NCBI GenBank assembly: GCA_039935455.1
Contig: JBDTKF010000146.1
Span: forward strand, 22,543-86,542
Direction: 5' to 3'
Source of the DNA: Ginsengibacter sp.
Lineage (GTDB): Bacteria; Bacteroidota; Bacteroidia; Chitinophagales; Chitinophagaceae
DNA length: 64,000 nt
In this document: positions 10,259 through 20,677 of the stretch, piece by piece
Numbering within the stretch: the stretch's first letter is position 1
Layout: each line of letters opens with the position of its first letter
Notes under the pieces: model-generated
Database searches by the model: none
What the model saw: only the letters and a program-made list of their open reading frames with translations
What the model was told of the DNA's origin: nothing
Translations under genes and position numbers: made by a program

Positions 10259-10521
10259 TTTCTAAATTTTAAGGTTTTGTTGAACAGCAATATACTCATT
10301 TAATCAAAAAAAAATCTTTAATCAAGACACTCATTCTAAAATCTCTAAACAGGAATTTCGGATGAAAAGACAAATTGTGCCAAAAACAATTTTTTATTTA
10401 GCTTTCCACTCACGTAGAATACAATATCTTATCAAATTGTTTTTTTGATAAACGAACCGTTATACTTTACTCTAACTAAACTATCGCTATCTGCAAACTA
10501 TCTCTGAAAATTTTTTGAAAA

Positions 10522-11787
10522 ATGATAAAGGAAAAAGACGAACTGGTTCCTAAGAATGGATGGAGAAAAAAAATAGATCAAAGAAATGCAGTAGCAGCTG
10601 GCTTCTTAGGCTGGACGTTGGATGCCTTTGATTTTTTCATCCTCACATTTACACTTGCTGAAGTTGCCAAAGATTTCAATAAATCAATCCCTGAAATCGC
10701 ATTGGCACTTACTGCCAGCCTTGTTATGCGCCCGGTTGGCGCTTTTATTTTCGGGCTAATGGCCGACAAGTATGGACGAAAAGGACCTCTGATGATTTCT
10801 ATCACTTTTTATTCAATCATAGAAATTTTTTCGGGACTGGCTCCGAATTATACCATCTTTTTATTATTACGATTATTATACGGCATCGGGATGGGCGGCG
10901 AATGGGGCGTTGGCGCATCTTTGGTTATGGAATCGGTTTCCGTTAAAAGGCGCGGCCTTCTATCAGGGCTTTTACAGGAAGGATATGCTTTTGGGTTTTT
11001 GTTGGCCGCAGCAGCTTATTATTTTATTTTCCCTCACTTTGGATGGAGGGCGATGTTTTTCGTCGGTGGGCTGCCCGCATTGCTGACACTATTTATTCGT
11101 TCCAAAGTAAAAGAAACAGAAGCATGGAAAGCCACCAAAACTACCAACTGGAAAGAATATAGAAATGCAGTAAAAAAGAATTCAAGACTATTTTTATATT
11201 TAGTTTTATTGATGTCGATGATGAACCTGATTTCTCATGGAACACAAGATTTATATCCCACTTTTTTGCAGCAACAACGGCATTTCAATCCTCATTCAAC
11301 GGCGTTGATCACAATGATTTCTATGGTTGGCGCTATCTTAGGCGGCTTGTTTTTTGGTCATTTATCAGATTTATATGGAAGAAAAAAAATGATGGCAACA
11401 GCGGTAATCCTCGCAATATTTATAATCCCCGTCTGGTTGTTGGCAGGAGGTAGTTTTTGGATAGCCACCGGTGCTTTTGCCATGCAGTTCATGGTGCAGG
11501 GCGCCTGGGGAATTATCCCGGCGCATATTAATGAATTATCTCCGGGCGCATTGCGGGGCTTTTTTCCCGGGTTCGCTTACCAGTTGGGCGTTTTAATCGC
11601 ATCGGGGATTGTTTATATCGAAGCGGTTCTTGCTCAGCATTTAGATTATGCTACCTCGATGGAAATTTTAGCAGGAACCGTGCTGGTGTTGGCAGCGATC
11701 GTCATCATCGCAGGCCCCGAAGCAAAAGGCATTCATTTTCACAATGATCTAACCCAAAAATCAGAAAATAGTCAAGCTATATTGTAG
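10522..11787 (+). CDS. MFS transporter, SHS (sialate/carboxylate:H+ symporter)-like
   Basis: GWTLDAFDFF, DKYGRK, GMGGEWG, SHGTQDLYPTFL, QGAWGIIPAHINEL. Confidence 0.88.
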   Translation: MIKEKDELVPKNGWRKKIDQRNAVAAGFLGWTLDAFDFFILTFTLAEVAKDFNKSIPEIALALTASLVMRPVGAFIFGLMADKYGRKGPLMISITFYSIIEIFSGLAPNYTIFLLLRLLYGIGMGGEWGVGASLVMESVSVKRRGLLSGLLQEGYAFGFLLAAAAYYFIFPHFGWRAMFFVGGLPALLTLFIRSKVKETEAWKATKTTNWKEYRNAVKKNSRLFLYLVLLMSMMNLISHGTQDLYPTFLQQQRHFNPHSTALITMISMVGAILGGLFFGHLSDLYGRKKMMATAVILAIFIIPVWLLAGGSFWIATGAFAMQFMVQGAWGIIPAHINELSPGALRGFFPGFAYQLGVLIASGIVYIEAVLAQHLDYATSMEILAGTVLVLAAIVIIAGPEAKGIHFHNDLTQKSENSQAIL

Positions 11788-11829
11788 AAAAAAAATGAGC
11801 ACAATTTCTTTGTTTACTGTAATTGAAAA

Positions 11830-12252
11830 TCAAATTTCTTTCATAATCGCTTCTACAGCCAGCAGATAACTTTTAAGGCCGAAACCCGAAATAGTTCCAA
11901 CACATTTAGAAGAAATATGGGATAGTTTCCGGAATTCTTCCCGAGATTGTACATTGGAAATATGGACTTCAATCACCGGTATTTTAATTGCAGCAATAGC
12001 GTCACCAATTGCGATTGAAGTATGTGTATATCCGCCGGCATTCAGAATGATTGCATTCATTTTTTTAGCGGCGTTTTGGATCTCATTGATTATTTCTCCC
12101 TCAACATTACTTTGAAAATAATCAAAATCAACATTCTCGTATTCTTTACGAAGCTTTTGGAAATAATGTTCAAAAGTCTCTGAGCCATAAATGCCAGGTT
12201 CTCTTGTTCCAATTAAATTCAAATTTGGTCCATTAATGATCGATATTTTCAT
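11830..12252 (-). CDS. aroQ: Type II 3-dehydroquinate dehydratase
   Basis: NGPNLNLIGTREPGIYG, NAGGYTHTS, EVHISN, REEFR. Confidence 0.97.
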   Translation of the reverse strand: MKISIINGPNLNLIGTREPGIYGSETFEHYFQKLRKEYENVDFDYFQSNVEGEIINEIQNAAKKMNAIILNAGGYTHTSIAIGDAIAAIKIPVIEVHISNVQSREEFRKLSHISSKCVGTISGFGLKSYLLAVEAIMKEI

Positions 12253-12363
12253 TTCACAAATTTAAAGAATATTAACCCGTATTTTTTTAAGGGCAAACTG
12301 ATCAACAAATCTCATAAAGTCTAAAAGATCCGGTGAATCTAAATCGTTCATCAATACCAATTC

Positions 12364-13026
12364 TCACTTCCCTCCTACTACAATTACAATTTCTCCTTTC
12401 ACAGCTTTCGCATTAAAATAATCATGAACTTCTTGTAAAGTTCCTCTTTTATTTTCTTCAAAAATTTTGGTCAATTCCCGGCTTACGCTACAAGGTCTTT
12501 CTGCGCCAAAATAGTCAATAAAATCTTTGAGCGTTTTGATTAGTCGCATCGGGCTTTCATAAAAAACCATGGTTCGTTCTTCGCTTGCCATTTTTTTCAA
12601 GAATGTTTGACGGCCTTTTTTTAAGGGCAAAAATCCTTCAAAACAAAAACTATTCATTGGCAAGCCGCTGTTTACCAAGGCAGGAACAAAAGCTGTTGCA
12701 CCCGGAAGACATTCTACTTTGATATCATTTTTTATACATTCCCGTACCAATAAAAAAGCAGGGTCGCTGACGCCGGGAGTTCCTGCATCAGTAATCAAAG
12801 CCATGGTTTTCCCTGCCATCAGTTGCTGCGTTAAATGCGCAATTATTTTATGTTCATTATGCTGGTGATAAGCGGACGTGGGCTTTTCTATTTGATAATT
12901 CCGGAGAAGTTTGGACGAAGTTCTGGTGTCTTCCGCAAGGATTAAATCTACTGATTTCAAAACTTCTATCGCTCTGAAGGTAATATCAGCCAGATTTCCA
13001 ATTGGAGATGGAACAATGTAAAGCAT
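12364..13026 (-). CDS. rsmI: 16S rRNA (cytidine1402-2'-O)-methyltransferase
   Basis: PIGNLADIT, AEDTR, TDAGTPGVSDP, FYESP, RELTK. Confidence 0.96.
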   Translation of the reverse strand: MLYIVPSPIGNLADITFRAIEVLKSVDLILAEDTRTSSKLLRNYQIEKPTSAYHQHNEHKIIAHLTQQLMAGKTMALITDAGTPGVSDPAFLLVRECIKNDIKVECLPGATAFVPALVNSGLPMNSFCFEGFLPLKKGRQTFLKKMASEERTMVFYESPMRLIKTLKDFIDYFGAERPCSVSRELTKIFEENKRGTLQEVHDYFNAKAVKGEIVIVVGGK

Positions 13027-13060
13027 TTATAATGTGCTGTTGTAATGAATGTCAGTTAGA

Positions 13061-13306
13061 TTATCTGATCGAAATAAAATACTCTTCCATTACCGGATTG
13101 GCCAATAATTTTTTTGATGCTTCTTCTGCAAGAGTTTTTGCATCTTCTGCCGATTCAGCTTCGATATTCAACTGAATTTGTTTTCCAATCCGAACATCCT
13201 GGATATTTTTTATGCCAAGATTTTCGAGTCCGCCTAATACTGCTTTTCCCTGGGGATCTAACAACTCTTTCAATGGCATTATCTTTATTTCTGCAACAAA
13301 ATTCAT
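13061..13306 (-). CDS. purS: Phosphoribosylformylglycinamidine synthase subunit PurS
   Basis: LLDPQGKAV, VRIGK, LLANPVME. Four-base overlap with the upstream gene. Confidence 0.95.
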   Translation of the reverse strand: MNFVAEIKIMPLKELLDPQGKAVLGGLENLGIKNIQDVRIGKQIQLNIEAESAEDAKTLAEEASKKLLANPVMEEYFISIR

Positions 13307-14073
13307 TCAACGTTATTTTTTGATATGGTTAATGATAATAAAATATAAACAATAAAAACTACCGGGACAGCAATCCACTGCAAAAATAATGCAGCAATAA
13401 TTGTTATGACCAACAAAATTAGTTTGGGCAAATTATTCTTCAAAGTATAATCACGGAATTTCAACGCCATCATGCGATGATTGCTGACCATCAAATAACT
13501 AAGCACAATGATCGTCATGTAGAGAAACCATTTATTGATGATCAAAGAATTTATACCGCTTATCGTATTAAAATGTAAGATCAGTGGAAAAGAACCAATT
13601 AATAATCCGATTGCCGGAACGGGCACACCCCTGAAAGAAAAATGTTGAGAAGTATCCAGGTTGAATTTTGCCAGCCGGTAGGCAGCCGCTCCGGCAAGGA
13701 TAAATGCCGGAACTAAAACTAAAATAGAAACCTCCAATCCATTTTGTTCTTTCGCAAAACTAAATTTTAATAATTGGTATAAAATTACTGCAGGCGCTAC
13801 GCCGAAACTTACAACATCACTCAGGGAGTCCAATTGTTTGCCCATCTCGCTGGTTGCTTTCATAAACCTTGCTACGAAGCCATCCAGAAAATCTATCAAA
13901 GCAGCTATAAAAATACATATCGCTGCCCAGCTAATTTTTTCCGGAATATTAAAGCTGCTGTTATATTCATCATTCAAATAAAAAATAACAGCGTTTGTCT
14001 GCAATGCAAATACGATTGCCATGCAGCCAAAAAATAAATTGAAAAGCGTAAAGATGTTTGGAATTTGTTTCAT
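13303..14073 (-). CDS. pssA: CDP-alcohol phosphatidyltransferase (phosphatidylserine synthase type)
   Basis: IPNIFTLFN, DFLDGFVAR, GKQLDSLSDVVSFGVAP, RLAKFN. Confidence 0.9.
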   Translation of the reverse strand: MKQIPNIFTLFNLFFGCMAIVFALQTNAVIFYLNDEYNSSFNIPEKISWAAICIFIAALIDFLDGFVARFMKATSEMGKQLDSLSDVVSFGVAPAVILYQLLKFSFAKEQNGLEVSILVLVPAFILAGAAAYRLAKFNLDTSQHFSFRGVPVPAIGLLIGSFPLILHFNTISGINSLIINKWFLYMTIIVLSYLMVSNHRMMALKFRDYTLKNNLPKLILLVITIIAALFLQWIAVPVVFIVYILLSLTISKNNVE

Positions 14074-14239
14074 TGTGCTCAGACAACAGATGACCGGTTA
14101 CCGACGAAAGACGCCGACAACCATCATATAACTGTGAATTTTTTTATTTAAGTGAATTTTTATTCTTTGAATCATCAATTTCAATTTATCAATTGAATTA
14201 CCATAATTTCTGAAATATTTTTTACGCTAACTCAGACAT

Positions 14240-15526
14240 TCATTTCATCAATTTCTCAATCTCTTCCACGGTTTTTGGTATATTATTCATCAAATCTCTA
14301 TTACCGTTTTTCGTGATCCAATAATTATCTTCTATCCGGATTCCCATGTGTTCTTCTTCGATATAGATTCCGGGCTCAATTGTAAAAACCATTCCCGCTT
14401 TTATGGGTTCATTTCTTGTTCCCAGATCGTGCACGTCTATCCCAAGATGATGAGAAATTCCATGATATAAATATTTTCGGTAAGCCCTGTTCTCTGGATC
14501 TTCATTCTTAATGTCTGATTTCTTCAGCAGCCCGATTTTCTGAAATATTTCTGTAGCTTTATCGCCCACTTGTTCTGTGTAATCATTAATACTAATGCCG
14601 GGTTTCAAAATCGAAGCACAATAATAATGCAAATCAAGACAAGCATTATAAACGGTTTTCTGTCTCTTTGAAAATTTACCATTTACCGGAACTGTTCTTG
14701 TAAGATCTGCAGAATAATTTCCATATCGTGCACCAAAATCCATCAAGATCAAATCGCCATCCTTACACTCCTGGTTGTTATTTACATAGTGCAGAATCCG
14801 AGCATTGTCGCCACTCGCAAGGATACTTCCATAGGCCGTTCCGGATGCCCGTTGTGATAAAAACGAATGCCAGATTTCAGCATCTATTTCATACTCCATA
14901 ACGCCCGGTTTTATAAACTGTAATAAACGCCTGAACGTATGTTCTGTAATATCAATCGCTTTCTGCATCACTTCGATTTCCAGTGGCGTTTTAACCGAAC
15001 GCAACTCTTTCATAACCTTCGCACTTCGTTTGTATTGATGTAACGGATATCGGTTACGCATATAGGCTGCATAACGATAATCCCGAACCGGTACTTCATT
15101 TGCTTTGCGATCATTTTCATTGGAATTCAGATAAATGGTATCAGATAAATGGATCCATTGTTGCAACAAACCTTCCAGTTCATCTAACCAAACTATTCTT
15201 TTTATTCCGGAAATTTTTTCTGCTTCATTTTTTCTTAACTGGTGCCCGTTCCACTTTTCTTTCAATTCATTTGGCCGCACCAAAATCAATACTTCGCGGT
15301 ATTTTTCATCCGGATTATCAGGATATAAAATTACCATTGTATCTTCCTGTTCAATTCCTGAGAGCCAGAACAGATCAGAGTTTTGAACAAAAGGATGTAA
15401 TGCGTCACCATTAAAAGGAAGTTCATCATTGCTGTTAAAAATGGCAATGGATTTTTTATCCATTTTTGCAACAAACCTTTTCCTGTTCTGAATAAATATT
15501 TCAGGATTCAGGGGCAAATATTTCAT
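14240..15526 (-). CDS. pepP: Xaa-Pro aminopeptidase (M24B)
   Basis: MDFGA, ADLTRT, HGISHHLGIDVHD, TIEPGIY, GIRIED. Confidence 0.92.
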   Translation of the reverse strand: MKYLPLNPEIFIQNRKRFVAKMDKKSIAIFNSNDELPFNGDALHPFVQNSDLFWLSGIEQEDTMVILYPDNPDEKYREVLILVRPNELKEKWNGHQLRKNEAEKISGIKRIVWLDELEGLLQQWIHLSDTIYLNSNENDRKANEVPVRDYRYAAYMRNRYPLHQYKRSAKVMKELRSVKTPLEIEVMQKAIDITEHTFRRLLQFIKPGVMEYEIDAEIWHSFLSQRASGTAYGSILASGDNARILHYVNNNQECKDGDLILMDFGARYGNYSADLTRTVPVNGKFSKRQKTVYNACLDLHYYCASILKPGISINDYTEQVGDKATEIFQKIGLLKKSDIKNEDPENRAYRKYLYHGISHHLGIDVHDLGTRNEPIKAGMVFTIEPGIYIEEEHMGIRIEDNYWITKNGNRDLMNNIPKTVEEIEKLMK

Positions 15527-15888
15527 GTTTATAATTTTTATTTTTTAAAAAACTGGTTCATTCTGATTGTTAAAAAAATACCCTTACCAGAAATAACCGG
15601 ATTTTTCATTGATTGAAATAATGATTGCAATATAGTAAACAAACAAATATTGATTGTTTCTATTTGCACCAGCCAATCGTTTTTGAAGCCACTAAAATTC
15701 TATAGGGTGTAATTTGTACACAATAAGAAAGTGAAGTTTTTTTTCTTTTTAATGAAATTCAAATACCTATATCATTTCATCTAATCATAGTACAATTTTA
15801 TTAAAGATTAACTGATGCAAAATAAAAACTATAAGATATTAAGAGGATAAAACACGCGTGTTTAAATATCCCCAAAATTCCGAATGGC

Positions 15889-15896
15889 TAACTTTG
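15889..15896 (+). promoter_or_regulatory. Bacteroidota -7 element upstream of pckA
   Basis: TAACTTTG 25 bp before the ATG. Confidence 0.65.
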
Positions 15897-15921
15897 CTTT
15901 TTAACCAGAAATTAAAATTTC

Positions 15922-17526
15922 ATGTCAGTCCCAACGATGTTTAACGTGTCCAGAAACATGCTATTTTCTTTAGGCTTACCATTAGCAGAACACACGTTTT
16001 ATCAGCTTCCTCCTGAAGAATTAACTGAGCAGTGTTTGGAAAGAGATGAAGGGGTTTTGAACGACACCGGAGCATTGGTAATAAATACCGGCAAATTTTG
16101 TGGCCGCTGTCCTAAAGACCGTTTTATTGTAAAAGACAGCATCACGGAAAACACGATTGACTGGAATGACAACAATCAGCCAATTGAAGCAAAATATTTT
16201 GATACACTTTACCAGAAAATGATGGATCATTTACGATCGAAAGAAATCTGGATAAGAGACTCTTACGCCTGTGCAGATCCCGAAAATAAATTGAATCTCC
16301 GGGTTATAAATGAAGATCCGGCAAGTAATTTATTTGCTTACAATATGTTTCTGAGGCCGTCAAAGAAAGAATTAAAAAATTTCAACCCGGATTGGTATCT
16401 CGTCCATACGCCAACCTTTTTTGCAGATCCTGAAGTCGATGGAACAAGACAGGGAAATTTTGTTATTATCAGTTTCTCGAAAAGAGTAATTCTGATATCC
16501 GGTTCGGCCTATACCGGCGAAATAAAGAAAGGAGTTTTTTCAATATTAAATTTTGTGATGCCCCATGACCGGAATGTACTGAGTATGCATTGTTCTGCAA
16601 ACGTGGGAAAAAAGCATGACACTGCTATATTTTTTGGATTGAGCGGGACGGGTAAAACCACGCTGAGCGCTGATCCTGACAGAAAGTTAATCGGGGATGA
16701 TGAACATGGCTGGACAGACCATACAATTTTTAATTTTGAAGGTGGCTGTTATGCAAAAACGATTGATCTGAGTGAAGAGAAAGAGCCTGAAATATTCAAT
16801 GCTATTCGTCCGGGGGCGTTGGTGGAGAATGTTACTTTTTTCGAAGGAACTCACAAAATCGATTTCGGTAGCAAAAAAATCACAGAAAATACAAGAGTAA
16901 GTTACCCGATCAGTTTTATTGGAAATGCTTTACATCCTTCCATCGGTGATATTCCAAAAAATATTTTTTTGTTGACAGCAGATGCTTATGGAATTTTACC
17001 CCCGATCAGCAAACTCACACGGGGGCAGGCTATGTATCAGTTTATCAGCGGATACACTGCAAAAGTTGCGGGAACAGAAGATGGTATTAATGAGCCAAGA
17101 CCAGTATTCAGCGCATGTTTCGCATCTCCTTTCATTCTCCTGCATCCGGCAGTTTATGCAGAAATGCTGGGCAAAAAAATGGAACAACATCAGGTCAACG
17201 TGTGGATGATTAATACCGGTTGGAGCGGCGGACCTTACGGCATTGGAAGCCGAATGAAACTTTCTTACACCAGAGCGATGATCACTGCTGCACTGGACGG
17301 AGTTCTTGAAAATGTAGACTATGAAACGGACCATGTTTTCAAAATGAAGATGCCCAAAAGTTGCCCGGGCGTACCATCAGAAATTTTGAATCCGCGCCAC
17401 ACGTGGAAAGATAAAAAGGAATATGATAAAAGAGCGAAGGAACTTGCAAAGCGGTTTGTTGATAATTTCAAAAAATTCGCAGATCAGGTAAATGACGAAA
17501 CCTTGAAGGCCGCTCCTCTGGCTTGA
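15922..17526 (+). CDS. pckA: Phosphoenolpyruvate carboxykinase (ATP)
   Basis: YTGEIKK, MHCSAN, GLSGTGKTTLSAD, GDDEHGW, NFEGGCYAK. Confidence 0.98.
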   Translation: MSVPTMFNVSRNMLFSLGLPLAEHTFYQLPPEELTEQCLERDEGVLNDTGALVINTGKFCGRCPKDRFIVKDSITENTIDWNDNNQPIEAKYFDTLYQKMMDHLRSKEIWIRDSYACADPENKLNLRVINEDPASNLFAYNMFLRPSKKELKNFNPDWYLVHTPTFFADPEVDGTRQGNFVIISFSKRVILISGSAYTGEIKKGVFSILNFVMPHDRNVLSMHCSANVGKKHDTAIFFGLSGTGKTTLSADPDRKLIGDDEHGWTDHTIFNFEGGCYAKTIDLSEEKEPEIFNAIRPGALVENVTFFEGTHKIDFGSKKITENTRVSYPISFIGNALHPSIGDIPKNIFLLTADAYGILPPISKLTRGQAMYQFISGYTAKVAGTEDGINEPRPVFSACFASPFILLHPAVYAEMLGKKMEQHQVNVWMINTGWSGGPYGIGSRMKLSYTRAMITAALDGVLENVDYETDHVFKMKMPKSCPGVPSEILNPRHTWKDKKEYDKRAKELAKRFVDNFKKFADQVNDETLKAAPLA

Positions 17527-17544
17527 TTAAGAAAGAATTACCGG

Positions 17545-18180
17545 TCAAAACAATCCATATAATTGTGCATCGATCTGATTGATGATGATTCCCAAATCTT
17601 CTTCACTTTCAGCAAACTTATTTTTATCTGCATCAACAATCAGCAAAGGACCTTCTTTATAACCATCAATCCATTTGTTATAAAATTCATTTAGTTTTTT
17701 CAAATAATCCAGGCGGATATTTTCTTCATATTCGCGGCCACGTTTTTGGATTTGTGCTACCAGTGTGGGAACAGAAGCGTTCAAATAAATCAGCAAATCT
17801 GGTGGCTGCACCATCGTTTTCAAAGTTTCAAAAAAAGAATAATAATTGGTAAAATCTCTTTTTGTCATCAAACCCATATCATGCAGGTTTGGGGCGAAAA
17901 TATTTGCATCCTCATAAATTGTTCTGTCTTGTATAACAGTTTCAGTTCCACGTTTAATTTCAAGCAACTGATTGAGACGGCTGTTCAAAAAATAAATTTG
18001 TAAATTAAAACTCCAACGGGGCATATCATCATAAAAATCATTCAGGTAAGGATTATGGTCCACATCTTCAAATTGCGGAATCCATTTATAATGTTTACTT
18101 AATAATTCTGTCAAAGTAGTTTTTCCTGCTCCAATATTACCGGCAACCGCAATGTGTTTTGGTTTTTTTGATTTGGCCAT
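17545..18180 (-). CDS. Deoxynucleoside kinase
   Basis: GNIGAGKTT P-loop, LQIYFLNSR, DRTIYED, IQKRGREYE. Confidence 0.93.
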   Translation of the reverse strand: MAKSKKPKHIAVAGNIGAGKTTLTELLSKHYKWIPQFEDVDHNPYLNDFYDDMPRWSFNLQIYFLNSRLNQLLEIKRGTETVIQDRTIYEDANIFAPNLHDMGLMTKRDFTNYYSFFETLKTMVQPPDLLIYLNASVPTLVAQIQKRGREYEENIRLDYLKKLNEFYNKWIDGYKEGPLLIVDADKNKFAESEEDLGIIINQIDAQLYGLF

Positions 18181-18277
18181 TTATTGATTTTTTAGATATT
18201 TATTTTCGCAACAATTTAGCTTTTTTTGGCCAAACACATTGATTTTAAAGCCGTGCTGGTTATAAGCATTACCTGTT

Positions 18278-19282
18278 TCAAAAGTAATTTAATCCCATTG
18301 CATTTCTCACCAACTTCATCGTTGTTTCTGCATTGGCAATCGATTTTTCAGCGCCCCGGGACATTACTTTTTGCAAATATTTTTCGTCATCCAAAATTTC
18401 ATTTACTTTCTGTCGGATTGGTGAAATAAAGTTCACCATATCTTCGGCTAATTGTTTCTTCATGTCGCCATATCGGATTGAACAGTTATTGAATTTCTCT
18501 TCAAAATAATTTAATGTATCCTCGGTACTTACCAGTTTTAGTAATAAAAAAATATTCTGGATATATTCGGGTTTTATAGAATTATTTGTGGAAGGGCCGC
18601 CATCCGTTTTTGCTTTCATAATCTTATTCCGGATCGCATCATCTTCATCAGAAAGATACAAAGTAGCCATCTTATTTTCACTTTTACTCATCTTACCACT
18701 TCCATTGAGTGAGGGAATTTTCACCAACTCTTCATTAAAATTAAAAGCAAAAGGTTCAGGAAAAACTTCGCCATATCGATGATTGAACCGGTTTACATAA
18801 TTCCGGGCAACCTCCAAATGTTGCCCCTGGTCTTTTCCGACCGGAACATAATTTGCACGATGAATCAAAATATCGGCAGCCATCAGCACAGGATAAGTTA
18901 ATAATCCAGCATTGATATTATCAGGATGTTGACGGATTTTATCTTTGAAAGTGGCTGTTTTTTCCAACTCACCTTTATAAGCCAGCATGTTCAGATACAA
19001 ATACAATTCTGAAGTCTGGAAGACGTGACTTTGACAATAAAAAGCAACTTTTTCAGGATCCAGACCGCAGGCGATATTCTCGGCTAAAACTCTGTAAACA
19101 TTGGATTTCAGACCTTTCGTGTCCGGATGCGTTGTCAACGAATGTAAATCAGCGACCATAAAATAACATTCATAATTTTCCTGCATTTTCACATAATTAC
19201 GAATGGCGCCAAAATAATTTCCGAGGTGCAAAAACCCCGTTGGCCTGATGCCACTCATTACTATTTCTTTCTCTTTTTTCAT
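18278..19282 (-). CDS. trpS: Tryptophan--tRNA ligase
   Basis: SGIRPTGFLHLGNYFG, YPVLMAADIL, VPVGKDQ, KMSKS. Confidence 0.98.
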   Translation of the reverse strand: MKKEKEIVMSGIRPTGFLHLGNYFGAIRNYVKMQENYECYFMVADLHSLTTHPDTKGLKSNVYRVLAENIACGLDPEKVAFYCQSHVFQTSELYLYLNMLAYKGELEKTATFKDKIRQHPDNINAGLLTYPVLMAADILIHRANYVPVGKDQGQHLEVARNYVNRFNHRYGEVFPEPFAFNFNEELVKIPSLNGSGKMSKSENKMATLYLSDEDDAIRNKIMKAKTDGGPSTNNSIKPEYIQNIFLLLKLVSTEDTLNYFEEKFNNCSIRYGDMKKQLAEDMVNFISPIRQKVNEILDDEKYLQKVMSRGAEKSIANAETTMKLVRNAMGLNYF

Positions 19283-19442
19283 AAGTCAGCGAAGATAAAA
19301 TAAAATCATTTTTCAAATGATAAATACAGGTAGTAGTACAGTAAATAAACAAAAAAGACAAGTTTACCTGTGTCATTTATAAAAAAATGATAAACGGAAC
19401 AAATGCGCCGACAAGCGACAAATGACCAACCAATAAACTGAT

Positions 19443-19450
19443 TATATTTG
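19443..19450 (+). promoter_or_regulatory. -7 element directly abutting the gatC start
   Basis: TATATTTG followed by 4 nt and then ATG at 19455. Confidence 0.65.
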
Positions 19451-19454
19451 TCAG

Positions 19455-19745
19455 ATGATTGTGAATGATGCACTAATAGAAAAGATGGCTGATCTTTCCA
19501 GACTCGAATTCAATGAAGATGAGAAACTGGAAATCAAGTATGAGCTCGAAAAAATGATTGGGTTTTTTGACAAATTGAATGAACTGGATACAACTGGTAT
19601 TGAACCTCTGCTGCACATGAGTGACAATATAAATATGTTTAGAAAGGATATTGTCAAAGGAGAAATAAGCCGGGAAGATGTGTTCAAAAATGCACCTGCC
19701 CATACAGACGAATTTTTCAAAGTTCCAAAAGTGATAAAAAAATAA
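19455..19745 (+). CDS. gatC: Asp/Glu-tRNA amidotransferase subunit C
   Basis: ADLSRLEF, KLNELDTTGIEPL, NAP, FFKVPKVI. Confidence 0.93.
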   Translation: MIVNDALIEKMADLSRLEFNEDEKLEIKYELEKMIGFFDKLNELDTTGIEPLLHMSDNINMFRKDIVKGEISREDVFKNAPAHTDEFFKVPKVIKK

Positions 19746-19841
19746 GAATCAGCTATAGAATTGGAAAAGGGAAAACAGTAATCTCAATTCGAATCAATTT
19801 AAAAATGAGATTGCCCCATTAAGAACCAAGAACAAAATAAT

Positions 19842-20549
19842 ATGTCTTCAATAATAGGTCTGGAAAATATTCAAAAAAGCTATTACCTGGGCAAACAGGA
19901 GCTGCAAGTGTTGAAGGGAATCAGCCTGGAAATATTCAAAAATGAATATGTCGCCTTAATGGGCCCAAGTGGAAGTGGAAAATCTACCTTAATGAATTTA
20001 ATAGGATGCCTCGACTCTCCTACCGGTGGAAAATACATACTGAATGGAGATGACGTGAGTAAAATGCAGGATGATGATTTGGCCGATGTACGCAACAAAG
20101 AGATTGGATTTGTGTTTCAACAATTTAATTTACTACCCCGGCTGACCGCTGCAGAAAATGTAGCGCTTCCACTTATTTATAATGGCACTCCCAAAAAAGC
20201 CAGGACAGAGCTGGCGCTCGAAATGCTTGATAGGGTTGGTTTAGCTGATAGAAGTCATCACAAACCAAACGAATTATCAGGCGGTCAAAATCAAAGGGTC
20301 GCTATTGCCCGCGCTCTTGTAAATACCCCATCCATTATACTTGCAGATGAACCAACAGGAAATCTGGATTCAAAAACTTCTGTTGAAATTATGAATATTT
20401 TTGACAAGATACAGGCAGAAGGTAACACCGTCATCCTGGTAACTCATGAAGAAGATATTGCCGAATTTGCACATCGTATTATCCGGCTCAGAGATGGTGT
20501 TATCGAAAGCGACCATCTGAATGAAAAGAAAGTTGCAATGGTTGAATAA
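19842..20549 (+). CDS. ABC transporter ATP-binding protein (LolD/MacB-like)
   Basis: [36 protein letters not shown]. Confidence 0.95.
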   Translation: MSSIIGLENIQKSYYLGKQELQVLKGISLEIFKNEYVALMGPSGSGKSTLMNLIGCLDSPTGGKYILNGDDVSKMQDDDLADVRNKEIGFVFQQFNLLPRLTAAENVALPLIYNGTPKKARTELALEMLDRVGLADRSHHKPNELSGGQNQRVAIARALVNTPSIILADEPTGNLDSKTSVEIMNIFDKIQAEGNTVILVTHEEDIAEFAHRIIRLRDGVIESDHLNEKKVAMVE

Positions 20550-20677
20550 ATAAATTTTTCAATAGCCGTAAAACAAAAGTTAATTTTTCCCATCTCACCC
20601 ACTTTTTCGGTTTCTATTTTCCATGTACTTTAGATTACTAAAAATCATTTTTCGATACAAAATAAACTGATATAATT

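Noticed and set aside
10522-11787. Horizontal origin of the MFS gene, suggested by its GC-richer 3' half
   Set aside because: Gly/Ala-rich TM segments can explain the shift, there are no mobility hallmarks, and composition was not computed.
14074-14140. ZMP/ZTP (pfl) riboswitch upstream of pssA-purS
   Set aside because: The GGCG and GTCTGAGCA fragments are suggestive, but ACUGGCG, the P3 5' arm and the CGCC pseudoknot loop are missing.
20550-20677. Cobalamin riboswitch upstream of the adenosyltransferase
   Set aside because: The gap is short and AT-rich with no B12-box-like sequence.
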